Part shown: positions 1 to 11,120 of the stretch, one piece after another
Layout: each line of letters begins with the position of its first letter
Numbering within the stretch: the first letter of the stretch is position 1
Notes under the pieces: generated by a model
The model's database searches: none
Told to the model about the DNA's origin: nothing
What the model saw: only the letters and a program-made list of their open reading frames with translations
Program-made: the position numbers and the translations under genes
Assembly (NCBI GenBank): GCA_964016885.1
Contig: OZ024751.1
Location: forward strand, 1-64,000
DNA length: 64,000 nucleotides
Direction of reading: 5' to 3'
From: Eledone cirrhosa
Lineage: Eukaryota

Positions 1-318
1 ATAGTTTTGGTGACAAATACAGTGAAGGAGGCAGAGGATTTGATGTCGGAGGTTGAGACTGTGTTGATGAGTGTGGGGCTGAGAATGAATGAGACTAAAA
101 CAAAATATCTGGTAGAGAATGTTGAGAAGCCAGAGGGGATCACTCATGTAGGCGGGAAGCTGCTAGAATTGGTTGAGGACTTTCTGTATTTGGGAGCAAA
201 GATTGGGAATACGGAAGATGATGTGGTTGAGAGGAAGAGCAAAGCCTGGGCGGGCGGCGTGCCACAGCTTGAGGTCGGTGTGGAAGTCGGACCTTCGTAA
301 AGACCTGAAAATCCGCCT
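1..318 (+). mobile_element. Non-LTR retrotransposon RT fragment (RTE-like), frameshifted and truncated at (TA)n
   Basis: Translation gives GLRMNETKTK (RT motif 6) and VEDFLYLG (motif 7), then after a frameshift near 250 AACHSLRSVWKSDLRKDLKIRL, a typical RTE thumb start. It ends at the TA run. Confidence 0.8.
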
Positions 319-878
319 CATATATTTATATATATATATACATAAAACGATTTTGTTCTATGTGAAGAAACGCAACTACCAACACTGCTACTGCCACCAC
401 TCTCTCTATACACAAGAGTTAATTTTACAGTCTCCTTCTCAACAAGGAAGATGAAAAAACTTACCTCAACACTTAATTTTAAATCTTTAATTTTTAGTTT
501 TTAATCCTTATTAATTCTTTTTAATTGTAATACTTAACATTTGATAAGATGAACTTTACTAATACATTGAAACCGGTTATACTTTATATACATTATAAAA
601 CTCTTTTTTTAAAAGAATTGTCCCTCTCATTTTTTTCAATAATGCCACTTTGACGAATCAAAGAAAGGAAAAAAAAGAAAAACAGACCTTTAAATATATT
701 TTATATTTTCAGTGCTATTTACATTTTCATCCTCTCTCTCTATATATATATATATGTTGTATGATTGCTAGGATGTGTCCACAGACGGTATGCCGGTTGA
801 GCACTCTATGCTCCTTCGGAGCAGAGTATAATAAAATGGAAAACGAAGAATCAGTGATGCATTGGAACACAATTTATT

Positions 879-971
879 ACATATTACAATTGTTTCTCCG
901 GGGAACAGCTCGAGGTGCGATCTGTTTGTGGATCAAACCTGACTCTGGACTCGCAAGTTCCTCAGATACGT
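879..971 (-). ncRNA. Type I hammerhead ribozyme motif with long stem-II insertion
   Basis: Minus strand reads ACGTAT-CTGAGGA-(~62 nt)-GAAA-CAATTG-TA-ATATGT. Core is intact, stem I is 6 bp with one G-U, stem III is the palindrome ACAATTGT, and the triplet is GUA. The base of stem II pairs poorly. Confidence 0.6.
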
Positions 972-1479
972 CTAGTGATTTCAAAGCAAATTCTCTTTCT
1001 GCTGGGCTCCGACCCTTCAAATGTTTATCATCTGCCTTCATCCTGTTTGCGTGGCAATTAGATTGATTGATAGATTGTGACACCATCAAGTGTTTGACCA
1101 CTGAAATCTGCCCACTGGCCATCTCCATTCAGGCGTGAGCTGTCACTTACCCCAATCCCATCACAGAGGAAATGACAAAGGAATGCAGCGAGTGGAGAAA
1201 TGCTGAAAAGGACCCCTCCAACCTATGTGAGCATGGAGAAACGGATGTAAAATATATATATGATATATAAATATAATGTTTTATATACATATATAAAAAG
1301 AGAAAGGTAAAATTCAGACTGTGGTGCCAAGCGGTTTCAGCTTGTGTGTAACTGAAACCACTTGACACCGTGGTTGAGATTTTACCAAACTCTATACCCA
1401 CTCTGCATCTCCCCATGCATTGAGTACTCCCATGATTAGTGGTCTCCCCAGTCTCAGCACCACAGACTCTCTATAAAAA

Positions 1480-2226
1480 TTAGGGAGAAGAAAAATTTGG
1501 TATATTTTATCTGACTGTTCTTCAAACTTACAATCTTATATAGCTCTGATTAATAATTATTTGCTTAATTAATTTTTTCATTGAGCCACACCGTGAAAGG
1601 TAGCCACACTCATATATGTATCTGTGACTATGTCTAAATATATACATATATATCCATATGAATTTATTCTATACTCCCGTTCGGTCGAGTAAACCTTAGG
1701 CGGTATTTAACTGTTCCTTCTAGCAGCCAACCTACCTGCCATTCACAACCTTCTACTTTGACCGCTGGCCACGTGATAATTCTTACCCATTTTGAATTCA
1801 TTTCTGGCAGCGATCACTGTGGAAATTTTAGTCCTAACTGAGGGGTCTCTTGAGAAGCTAGAAACTTCATGGATTATACCAGGATTGGACATATCCACAA
1901 AGTACGAGCGAAACTATCGATAGTTGGGACTAGAAGAATTTTGGTAAAGTCTATATACATTTTTTCTTCAAACTTACATTTTAGACCTAGCTCCGTTTAA
2001 TTGATTATTTGTCTAGTTAATTTCTACGGGCTAAGAAGAACGACTGGGTAAATTTTTTCTGATTGTTCTTTTCGGGGGATAGTCTGTGTCATTTATCTGT
2101 TATTTCTTTGAAGTTACATTTTAAACTTAGTTCTGCTTAAATGATTATTTATCTAGTTAATTTCTACGGACTAGGGGAAAGAAAAATTGGGTATATTTTA
2201 TCTGACTGTTCTTCAAACTTACAATT
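1480..2226 (+). mobile_element. Short element with ~50-bp direct terminal repeat and internal decayed hammerhead-like motif
   Basis: GGTATATTTTATCTGACTGTTCTTCAAACTTACAAT occurs at ~1499-1534 and ~2190-2225. Between them lies TTAGTCCTAA-CTGAGGG...GAAACTATCGATAGTT-GGGACTAG (1829-1932). Confidence 0.45.
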
Positions 2227-2306
2227 TTATATATATATGTACTGTATGGAAATAGAATATGAAATTAGGGTGTATGTGTGTGTGTATAAATATGTATAAA
2301 TGGGTA

Positions 2307-2634
2307 AAGACCCCCTTCGGTCCAGAGTGACCATGGGATTTGCACAAAGAAAGTTCCCAATCAAGGCGCAAGACCAGGCAAGGTTGTTTGTAGAAGACCA
2401 ACAGTTCTCCCATTCATACCAGTCTTCACTCGTCATGCCATTGTTGTAGTTCAAGGAAAAGGCAAAGGTCAATACAACTTGGCACCAGTGTCATCACAAT
2501 TCATTTCTACAGCTGAGTAAACTGGAGCAGCGTGAAATAAAGTGTCTTGCTCAATGCGGCACCCAGTCCAAGAATCAAACTCAGAAACTCACAATTGTGC
2601 ATCCAATGCACTAACCACACAGCCACACACCTCC
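2307..2634 (-). mobile_element. tRNA-derived SINE with CORE-like central domain, decayed
   Basis: Shares the block CATTTCTACAGCTGAGTAAACTGGAGCA..TGAAATAAAGTGTCTTGCTCAA with the copies at 8421 and 16121. tRNA-like head lies at the right end, and the tail differs from those copies. Confidence 0.75.
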
Positions 2635-3156
2635 ACAGCAACACACCCCTATATATATTTTTTTTCCTAATTTTATTATTACTAATCTACAATGAATGTG
2701 TTCTTTCTTCTCTCCTCAATAATTTCAATGGAATTCATTTTTTAACACAATATCTTACTTTTTTCTTTCTTTACCTTCTTTTTTTACTGAGACTATCGTT
2801 GCTATAAAAAGTACAATACCTTCTCCTAAGTCACCACATAAAATTATATGTGTACCTGTTAAGGCTTAGTTGGTATAAGTTTTTGTTCTGTCTTGTCTTT
2901 TACTCCAAGGACAGTGGTTAGGTTTGTGTCAACTGCTGTGGCTCCAGATGGACTAGCAGTAATGTCGGTAGGGGTTGAAACTGCCAGAAAGTTCATCTCA
3001 ACAGCTTAAGATCTTGGAGTTCAGTGTTTTTCAAAAAAATTTTATTAAGGTTTCCCCTTCAAAAATGTTTTTTTCCGCTTTGCCTTGTTTTCATTTGTTG
3101 ACCTCTCTTTGTTTATTTCATGATGTTATCATATATATATATACATAATATATTTA

Positions 3157-3268
3157 TTATTAGCACAGATTGAAAGTTTAAGCAAACAATTTCTGATTTC
3201 ACCCTAACAATCGCGATTTAGGGTGAAAGCAGAAATTGTTTGCATAAACTTTTAATCTGGGCTAATAG
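3157..3268. repeat. Fold-back hairpin (MITE-like), ~50-bp arms
   Basis: TATTAGCACAGATTGAAAGTTTAAGCAAACAATTTCTGATTTCACCCTAA is followed after a ~10-nt loop by its near reverse complement. Confidence 0.8.
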
Positions 3269-3402
3269 CAAATATTTGCTCTACGGGTTTATATATATAT
3301 AGTAAGATCGATCGACTTTCGTCAAATCGGACCGAGGAAACAATGTTTTCGTCGGTCTTTCCAGTTGCTAGTACTATCTATCGGTCGCAACCCCAGGTAG
3401 AA

Positions 3403-3522
3403 GGAGCAACATGAAATAAAGTGTCTTGCTCAAGGACATAACGCATCACCCGGTCCAGAAATCGAACTCACAGCCTCAAGATTGTGAATCCAATTCTCTA
3501 ACCACTCAGCCATGCGCCTTCA
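3403..3522 (-). mobile_element. 5' part of tRNA-derived CORE-like SINE
   Basis: Reverse complement gives GGCTGAGTGGTTAGA (A box), GAGTTCGATT (B box) and GTCCTTGAGCAAGACACTTTATTTCA. Confidence 0.75.
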
Positions 3523-3527
3523 CATAT

Positions 3528-3707
3528 ATAGGAAAATGTATGACCCCGACGGCAGAGTTCAAGCCGTTTTCATCCAGAAATAGCCGTTGAAACGGCTTGA
3601 GCTCTGCCGTCGGTGTCATACATTTTCCTATTACCCACTCTACTACCCTAAGTATTTAGTACTCTGGTGCGTTATGGTCAATCTGGTTCCTTACCACAAC
3701 TCTTTCG

Positions 3708-3710
<3 letters not shown>
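3528..3710 (+). mobile_element. Short element with 5' inverted arm and the 3' half of a hammerhead; family copy at 8919-9128 (-)
   Basis: Hairpin at 3528-3631. It contains GAAA-CGGCT-TGAGCTC-TGCCG-TC. The tail TTACCCACTCTACTACCCTAAGTATT...GGTTCCTTACCACA matches the reverse complement of 8930-8995. TA-rich sequence flanks both ends. Confidence 0.7.
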
Positions 3711-3755
<45 letters not shown>

Positions 3756-3778
3756 GTATATATATATGTATATATATA

Positions 3779-4318
3779 TGTCTCATTCTGTTGGACCTTG
3801 CCTGAAGTTACTCATAAAGTCGTCTCAATAAGCAGTGTTTTAAACTCCTATTTATGCCAGTCTAGAAGTCAAATTCTCCATTTTCTTCTCGGATTTTCAA
3901 ATATTATTTTACATGTTTTTAATAATGTCTCTTTCTGTTGGACTCTTCCTAAAAACTAACCTTCTAGTATTATTATTAATTAATTATTCTCGAACCTTCC
4001 TGCATCTCGCTCGCAAACTTTGTAAACACTTTTCTCCTTCTCTCATACCCCCACCACCCGCCTGATCGCAAGTATAAAATAAAACCTTGCTGGTTACCAA
4101 GGACAGAATTTACCTATCGAATCTATCTTATGGGTGATCTGTCGATTTTGAGAATGTAAGCAATGCTTGTCTTTTTTATCCGTAGTGTTTTAAACTCCTA
4201 TTTATGCCAGTCTAAAATTCAAATTCTCCGTTTTCCTCTCGGATTTTCAATTATTATTTTACATGTTTTTAATAATATGTCTCATTCTGTTGGACCCTTA
4301 CTAAAAACTAACCTTCTC
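3779..4318. repeat. Partial tandem duplication, period ~350 bp
   Basis: 3834-3965 matches 4183-4316 (AGTGTTTTAAACTCCTATTTATGCCAGTCTA...CTAAAAACTAACCTTCT). TGTCTCATTCTGTTGGAC occurs three times with minor variation. Confidence 0.8.
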
Positions 4319-4344
4319 CTAAAATTATGCTAATGCACAAATAA

Positions 4345-7300
4345 CCGACAAATAACCGACAGCGACTACTTAATTATTGCTGGCGATCTAAACTGTCACG
4401 TTGGACAATATAGTGATGGCTATGATGGAATCCATGAAGGCTATGGGGATGGAAATAGAAATGAAGAGGGCTTCAGAATCCTGGAATTCTGTGACGCAAA
4501 TAGTCTAACTATCTGTAACACAAACTTCAAAAAGCGTGAAAACCACTTGATCACCTATAGATCAGGGGAACACGCCAGCCAGATAGATTATATCCTTACT
4601 AGAAGACGGGACAAAGTGTCTGTTGTAAACACTAAATCCCTCCCCCTTGAAGAATGAACCTCCCAACATAGTCTAGTAGTTAGTGACCTCATAGTCAGGA
4701 ATAGACGTACTCGACGACAGAGGAGGCCTACCTTGGGGAGAAGAATATGGAAGTTGAAGGACCCCATGGCCAGTGACAAATTTAAAAGCTTATTACTTGA
4801 TGCCTTTGACAATAAGGAAGAGCAATTAGAGACATGCAATATAGAGGAACAGTGGCAATTCTTGAAAGTGAACCTGCTGAGAGCAACGGATGAAATCTAT
4901 GGCTGGAGCAGACCTATTGGCAGGAGGAGAGTAACTTGGTGGTGGAACAGTAAGGTGGAAGAGACAATCAAGGCCAAGAAGCAGACTTGGAAAGTATGGC
5001 AGGATGGGGGAAGTAAAGAGCACTATCAAGTGGCCAGGAGAGTAGCTAGGAGACAAGTGCACCTTGCAAAAAGGGAAGCAGAGGATAGAAAGTTCAAGCA
5101 TGTTCTACAACGTGTGGACCAAAAACGTGAAGTGTTCAGGATTGCTAGACAATGCGTCAAGGAAAACCGTGATATTGTCGGGGAGAAGTGTGTCCGTAAT
5201 GATAACGGTGTACTTACCCCCACTGATACTGATAAGAAGATAGCCTGGAAGTGTCACTACGAGAGACTATTAAATGAGGAGAATAAATGGGAAAAAGATA
5301 GTCTGCCCCAAATCGATCCAATAGAAGGACCAGCGGTACAAGTTAAAGGTAGTATAATAAGTAAGGCAATCAAAGATATGAAGACAGGCAAGGCAGCTGG
5401 GCCTTCGGAGATAGTTGCTGAGATGTTGAAGGCATCTGGTATGGTGGGACACACTCTGATCACCCATATAGTTAACCAAGTGATACAGAATGGGGTCATA
5501 CCGAAAGTCTGGCGTAGCAGCAGCATCATTAACTGCTACAAGGGTAAAGGGGATGCTCTAGATAGGGGTAACTATAGAGGATTTAAGTTAGTTGACCAAG
5601 TCATGAAGATCACAGAAAGAGTTATAGCGCAATAATCAGAGAACGAATTGATCTAGATGAAATGCAGTTTGGGTTTGTGTCAGGTAAAAGTACCACAGAC
5701 GCTCTTTTCCTTGTACAACAACTACAAGAAAAGTACCTAGCTAAAAGTAAACCCCTCTACTTAGCTTTTGTAGACCTGGAGAAAGCCTTTGACAGAGACC
5801 CCTGCTCCATTATCTGGTGGGCTCTTAGAAAAGTAGGTGTAGATTAATGGTTTGTGAGAGCTATACAAGCTATGTATAATTAAACAGTCAGTAAGGTTAA
5901 AATTAACAATGAATATTGTGAAGAATTTAGTGTAAAACTTGGCGTTCATCAAGGCTCTGTCCTTAGCCCCCTCCTATTTATTATTGCCCTTCAGGCTATA
6001 ACAGAGGAGTTCAAGACCGGCTGCCCATGGGAACTCCTATACGCAGATGATCTAACGCTCATAGCTGAATCAATGGCTGAACTAGAGAAGAAATTCCAAA
6101 CATGGAAGCATGGACTAGAATCAAAAGGCCTTAAAGTTAACTTGTCTAAGACTAAAGTTCTAGTTTGTAGAAAGGAAAATAGGGCACAGGTGCCCTCAGG
6201 GAAATGGCCATGCTCAGTGTGTAGGAAAGGAGTAGGCAGAAATTCCATTTTATGTCCCAAATGCAAAGTATGGGTACATAAAAGATGTAGTTGGATCACA
6301 GGTAAACTATCTAAGAACGTAGACTTTATATGTGGCCAATGCTCAGGTGCAATAAGTAGCAAGTGTCCACAGGATACTAGCTCCTTCTATTGCCCAGATG
6401 GTTCTATAGAAATAGTAGACACTTTCCGTTACCTGGGTAACGAAATCAGCAGTGGTGGAGGGTGTTCTGAAAGTACAGTAGCCAGAGTCAGAACGGGATG
6501 GAAAAAGTTCAGAGAGCTTATACCACTATTGGCCGCTAAAAGGTTCTCTCTAAAAATGAAAGGCAGGCTGTATGATGCCTGCATACGAACGGCAATGTTA
6601 CATGGCAGTGAGACTTGGGCATTGTGTGCAAAGGATATACGCAGACTGGAGAGGAACAAAGCTTGCATGCTCCGTTGGATGTGTAATAGTAATATACGTG
6701 AACGGCAAAGCATAAATGAACTAAGGGAGAAGTTAGGAATAAGAGGGATCAGATGTTGTTTACTCGAGAGAAGACTACGTTGGTATGGTCACATGATGCG
6801 CATGAAAGACGACAGCTGTATAAAAAAGTGCAGGGCGATAAAAATAGACGGTAGCCACGGAGTAGGCAGACCCAGAAAAACCTGGGACGACTTGATAAAT
6901 TCTGACCTCACACACTTACACCTCTCCAAGACAATGTCACTGGACCAAGATCTTTGGCGCTACACAGTAATACAAAGGACCCGCCTTGCCTAAGTACAAA
7001 GTGAAACCTACAGTCAGTAGGCACCTCTTAACAAAAATACACCCCCGTCCCACTACCCCCACCCCATCCACACCACCCCTTTCGATGTAAAGTTATGTTG
7101 GTACCACAACATCCAGTCAGAAATAAATGAGGTCGTGTAGGTGTCACGACAAAAAAACACACAGTCCACGCTGTAATGTGGCCGTGTAGGTAACACGGTA
7201 AAAACCTCTCAATCCACACTGTAAACGTGGTTGGTGTTAGGAAGGGCATCCAGCCGTAGAAAACCCACCAGACAGTCCTGTGCGAGCAAGACAACCAATC

Positions 7301-7370
7301 TTGCCTCAAGTGGGAAAATTCCCGTCCAAACCCATGCAAGCGTGGAAGATGGACGTTAAATGATGATGAT
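4345..7370 (+). mobile_element. RTE-clade LINE, 5'-truncated and inactivated (APE endonuclease C-half, RT with inserted PHD-like finger, 3'UTR, (ATG)n tail)
   Basis: Shows LIIAGDLNCHVG and SQIDYIL (APE), [70 protein letters not shown] and GRPRKTW. Stops at ~4656, 5845 and 5881 and a frameshift at ~5632. Tail is ATGATGATGAT. Confidence 0.95.
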
Positions 7371-7377
7371 TATATAT

Positions 7378-7546
7378 ATCATCATCAACATTTAACGTCC
7401 GTGTTCCACGCTTGCATGGGTTTGGACGGGAATTTCCCCACTTGAGGCAAGATTGGTTGTCTTGCTCGCACAGGACTGCCTCGCGGGTTTTTCTACAGCT
7501 GGATGCCCTCCCTAACACCAACCACATTTACAGTGTGGGGCTGGGA

Positions 7547-7548
<2 letters not shown>
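7378..7548 (-). mobile_element. RTE 3'-end fragment, tail-to-tail with the preceding LINE
   Basis: Reverse complement of ~7215-7370, separated from it only by a short TA run. Confidence 0.85.
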
Positions 7549-7574
<26 letters not shown>

Positions 7575-7581
<7 letters not shown>

Positions 7582-8307
7582 CAAATAACGAAACGAAATT
7601 AAATTTCGTTTCGCTTCTAACTCACTTTTGTATGACTGACGCTTAAACAATTAAGTTAAAGTGTACATCTACATATGTATACGGAAGTATTAGTATGCAT
7701 ATAAATACACACATGCATACATATGTACATGTACTCAGCTTTTCACTAGACACTTTACAGTGAGTGTCAGCTAGTCTGTATGTAACCACACAGGCGGACC
7801 GGGTTTTAGAGTCATACGAGTTTTCAAGGAAACACATTTCCTCTATTCTCCAGAGGGCCAGACAGGAATATTGGACTAGTTTCGATGTTATTACATCTCA
7901 TCAGCAATATTTACCCATCTTCCGGCTTCTCTGGAGAATTGTAAAAGCACATATCGTTATATGCTTTTTCTATGAAAATTAGTAGTGGGTAGACCAATTT
8001 GCATAGAACGTGAGTCATTGTACGCACCGGTTCAGCGGAAACGATAAAAACAAATAACGAAACGAAATTAAATTTCGTTTCGCTTCTAACTCACTTTTGT
8101 ATGACTGACGCTTAAACAATTAAGTTAAAGTGTACATCTACATATGTATACGGAAGTATTAGTATGCATATAAATACACACATGCATACATATGTACATG
8201 TACTCAGCTTTTCACTAGACACTTTACAGTGAGTGTCAGCTAGTCTGTATGTAACCACATAGGCGGACCGGGTTTTAGAGTCATACGAGTTTTCAAGGAA
8301 ACACATT
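7575..8307 (-). mobile_element. Hammerhead-containing partial tandem element (469-bp monomer, ~1.56 copies) inserted in (TA)n
   Basis: 7575-7838 and 8044-8307 are near-identical 264-bp direct repeats (one mismatch seen). The hammerhead lies in the spacer, and (TA)n flanks both sides. Confidence 0.8.
7867..7911 (-). ncRNA. Minimal type I hammerhead ribozyme, fully canonical
   Basis: Minus strand reads AATATTG-CTGATGA-GATGT-AATA-ACATC-GAAA-CTAG-TC-CAATATT. Stem I is 7 bp, the core is perfect, stem II is 5 bp with a G-C base, stem III is the palindrome ACTAGT, and the cleavage triplet is GUC. Confidence 0.92.
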
Positions 8308-8310
8308 AAC

Positions 8311-8756
<446 letters not shown>

Positions 8757-8836
8757 TACGTTATTCCGGGTTGAATCGGAGGTAACCACAGTAAGTAAGG
8801 TACTCAATACATTGCAGAGTATAAAAGTTTTAATAT

Positions 8837-8897
8837 AGATGAGATTCCTGATGATTTCTAAAGAATGAAACAGTTCTAGTCCTGTAGAATCTCATCT
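8837..8897 (+). ncRNA. Type I hammerhead ribozyme motif
   Basis: AGATGAGATTC-CTGATGA-T-TTC-TAAA-GAA-T-GAAA-CAG-TTCTAGTC-CTG-TA-GAATCTCATCT. Stem I is a perfect 11 bp, the core is intact, stem III is 4 bp and the triplet is GUA. Stem II is short with a U-U closing pair. Confidence 0.85.
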
Positions 8898-8918
8898 CTC
8901 TCTATATATATATATATA

Positions 8919-9128
8919 ACGAAGGAAATGTGGTAAGGAACCAGGTGGACCATAACGCACCAAAGTACTCAATACTTAGGGTAGTAGAGTGGGTAATAGG
9001 AACGAGTAGGACCCTGACGGCTGAGCTCGAGCCGTTTCGACGGCTAATTCTGGACTAAAATGATTTTAGTCCAGAATTAGCCGTCGAAACGGCTTGAGCT
9101 CAGCCGTCGGGGTTCTACTCGTTCCTAT
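8919..9128 (-). mobile_element. Second copy of the fold-back half-hammerhead element
   Basis: ~65-bp-arm hairpin at 8996-9128 whose arms carry GAAA-CGGCT-..-AGCCG-TC. Homologous to 3528-3710 in the opposite orientation, with (TA)n flanks. Confidence 0.7.
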
Positions 9129-9182
9129 ATATTTATATATATATATGTGTATATATATAGATATATATGTATATATATATAT

Positions 9183-9596
9183 ATATTGTTATACTTGGGG
9201 AGGGTCATATTGTTGTAATAATATTGCCAGAAATAATAACAGAACACACTCACTGTTTGGTTGGTTTTCGCTTCTGTATCTTTTATATCTCCACAGTGTT
9301 TATCATTGTCTACGCTATACAATACAATACAACAGGAGGAACATAATAGTACCACTGATGATGTTGCAGATGTGCAATGAAAGAACTTTGTTAGACTATA
9401 TATATGTGTTTATATCTATATTATATCTGTATTTTTTACTGTTGGTCAGTCAATGATAAACATTGAGGACCAAATGAATTAACTGTGGAGATATAAAAGA
9501 TACAGAAGCGAAAACCAACCAAACAGTCAGTGTGTTCTGTTATTATTTCTGGCAATATTATTACAACAATATGACCCTCCCCAAGTATAACAATAT
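9183..9596. repeat. ~114-bp inverted repeat enclosing a hammerhead-like motif
   Basis: 9183-9297 is the reverse complement of 9482-9596. The spacer contains ATAGT-ACCA-CTGATGA-TG-TTGCA-GATG-TGCAA-T-GAAA-GAAC-TT-TGTT-AG-ACTAT (9346-9399). Confidence 0.8.
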
Positions 9597-9674
9597 TTGT
9601 TTTGACACGATTTCATATCAAAAACCTTGCAAAAGAAATATATATATATATGTATATATATACATATATATACA

Positions 9675-10330
9675 AATATTTGCAATGCGAACACATGTAT
9701 ACTTGTCATTTGCAATGCGAACACATGTATACTTGTATCAGTGTTTATCCCTATCATATATTCATTTGTATTAAACAGCTCGGAAATATTCCTCTCTTTG
9801 AGCTATTTAATTGTAAAAGACTATTTTAAGTTTATAACTCTATATATAATATTCTCGGCTCCATACGTAGAGCTAATTTTTAGTCCCATAAAACCGGCTG
9901 CTATTTTTAGCGGCACGAGTATGGGATGAGCTAGACGCTGTGACACATGTGGGTTTAACAACACATTTCTCTCAGTCTTCTTAAGTATTTTGAAGTGAAA
10001 CTTACCAATTTCTGGATACCCGCAGAAGAGCACAGGAATAGTAACTTTCACTTAATTGTTGCGAAACAAATTTAAAATTTGTCCGGGTATCACGGCCATT
10101 GCCAATATAGGTTTGTTTTTATTGATTTATTATTTTTAATCGAGACAGGCAAACCGTATTATTTTAATTAGTATTTTTCAATCTAGCTAACTTGGTCATT
10201 TGCAATGCGAACACATGTACACTTGTATCAGTGTTTATCCCTATCATATATTCATTTGTATTATACGGCTCGGAAATATTCCTTTCTTTGAGCTATTTAA
10301 TTGTAAAAGACTATTTTGAGTTTATAACTC

Positions 10331-10342
<12 letters not shown>
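9675..10342 (+). mobile_element. Hammerhead-containing partial tandem element (490-bp monomer, ~1.3 copies) bounded by TA repeats
   Basis: 9705-9852 matches 10195-10342 (offset 490). The hammerhead at 10015-10091 lies in the spacer. Confidence 0.75.
10015..10091 (+). ncRNA. Type I hammerhead ribozyme motif (U4A core variant)
   Basis: GATACCCG-CAGAAGA-GCACAG...TTGTTGC-GAAA-CAAATT-TAA-AATTTG-TC-CGGGTATC. Stem I is a perfect 8 bp, stem III is 7 bp, the triplet is GUC and stem II has a G-C base. Confidence 0.85.
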
Positions 10343-10400
<58 letters not shown>

Positions 10401-10573
10401 AAACATAAATTATCGAGATTCGCATTTCGGCCCACGAAATAACGAAAAACAACCTCCGAGATGTGAGGCAAGTGCTCAATGATTCAGATGAACCAGAGCT
10501 ATAATATATATATATATATATATTGAAAAAGTGAAGAATAACATGGTCAACAGTACAAAAAAGGGTTTTATTT

Positions 10574-10688
10574 ACAGTCTGACAATTGTTTCACTGATTA
10601 AGTTGTCTAAAAATTGCTGAACACTTGAAGCAGTGCCACTCAATTTTAAATACGTTGTTAGCGTAACCAGATCATCGGAGATAACTGT
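10574..10688 (-). ncRNA. Type I hammerhead motif with long stem-II extension (U4C variant)
   Basis: Minus strand reads ACAG-TTA-TCT-CCGATGA-T-CTGGTTA...TAATCAG-T-GAAA-CAATTG-TC-AGA-CTGT. Stem I is bulged, stem II has a 7-bp base, stem III is palindromic and the triplet is GUC. Confidence 0.72.
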
Positions 10689-11024
10689 TATATGTTCAGA
10701 ATTCAAATTACAGCATCATTAATAATATTAATAATAAAGATAGAAAGAGAAAAAAGAGAGATAAAGAGAAGAAAGAAAGAAAAAAAAAGAAAAAAGAAAG
10801 AAAAAGAAAAAGGAGAAAGGAAAACAGAAAAAGATATAGAGAAAAAAAGACAGAGAGAAAAGAGGATAGGTTCACTCTCAATCCTTTTGATTCCAACTGC
10901 TGTTTCCATGGCCAGAATTATATATATATATATTATATATATGAATATATGTATAGTATATTTGATAATATACTGTATGTTTAATTAAAAACATTTTGAA
11001 GACCATTTGCTATGTCACTTACTT

Positions 11025-11120
11025 ATTCTCGGCAAAAACAAAGGGGAGTAATCAACAGTCCTGTTTCTCGCTCGTTAATGGTTATCAAAACTACTCACCC
11101 CTTCGTTTCTGCCAAGAATT
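11025..11120. repeat. Short inverted repeat (MITE-like), ~25-bp arms
   Basis: ATTCTCGGCAAAAACAAAGGGGAGTA pairs with TACTCACCCCTTCGTTTCTGCCAAGAAT. Confidence 0.55.

Noticed and set aside
4733-6993. Functional reverse transcriptase gene
   Set aside because: It has in-frame stops, a frameshift and 5' truncation. All LINE copies here are dead.
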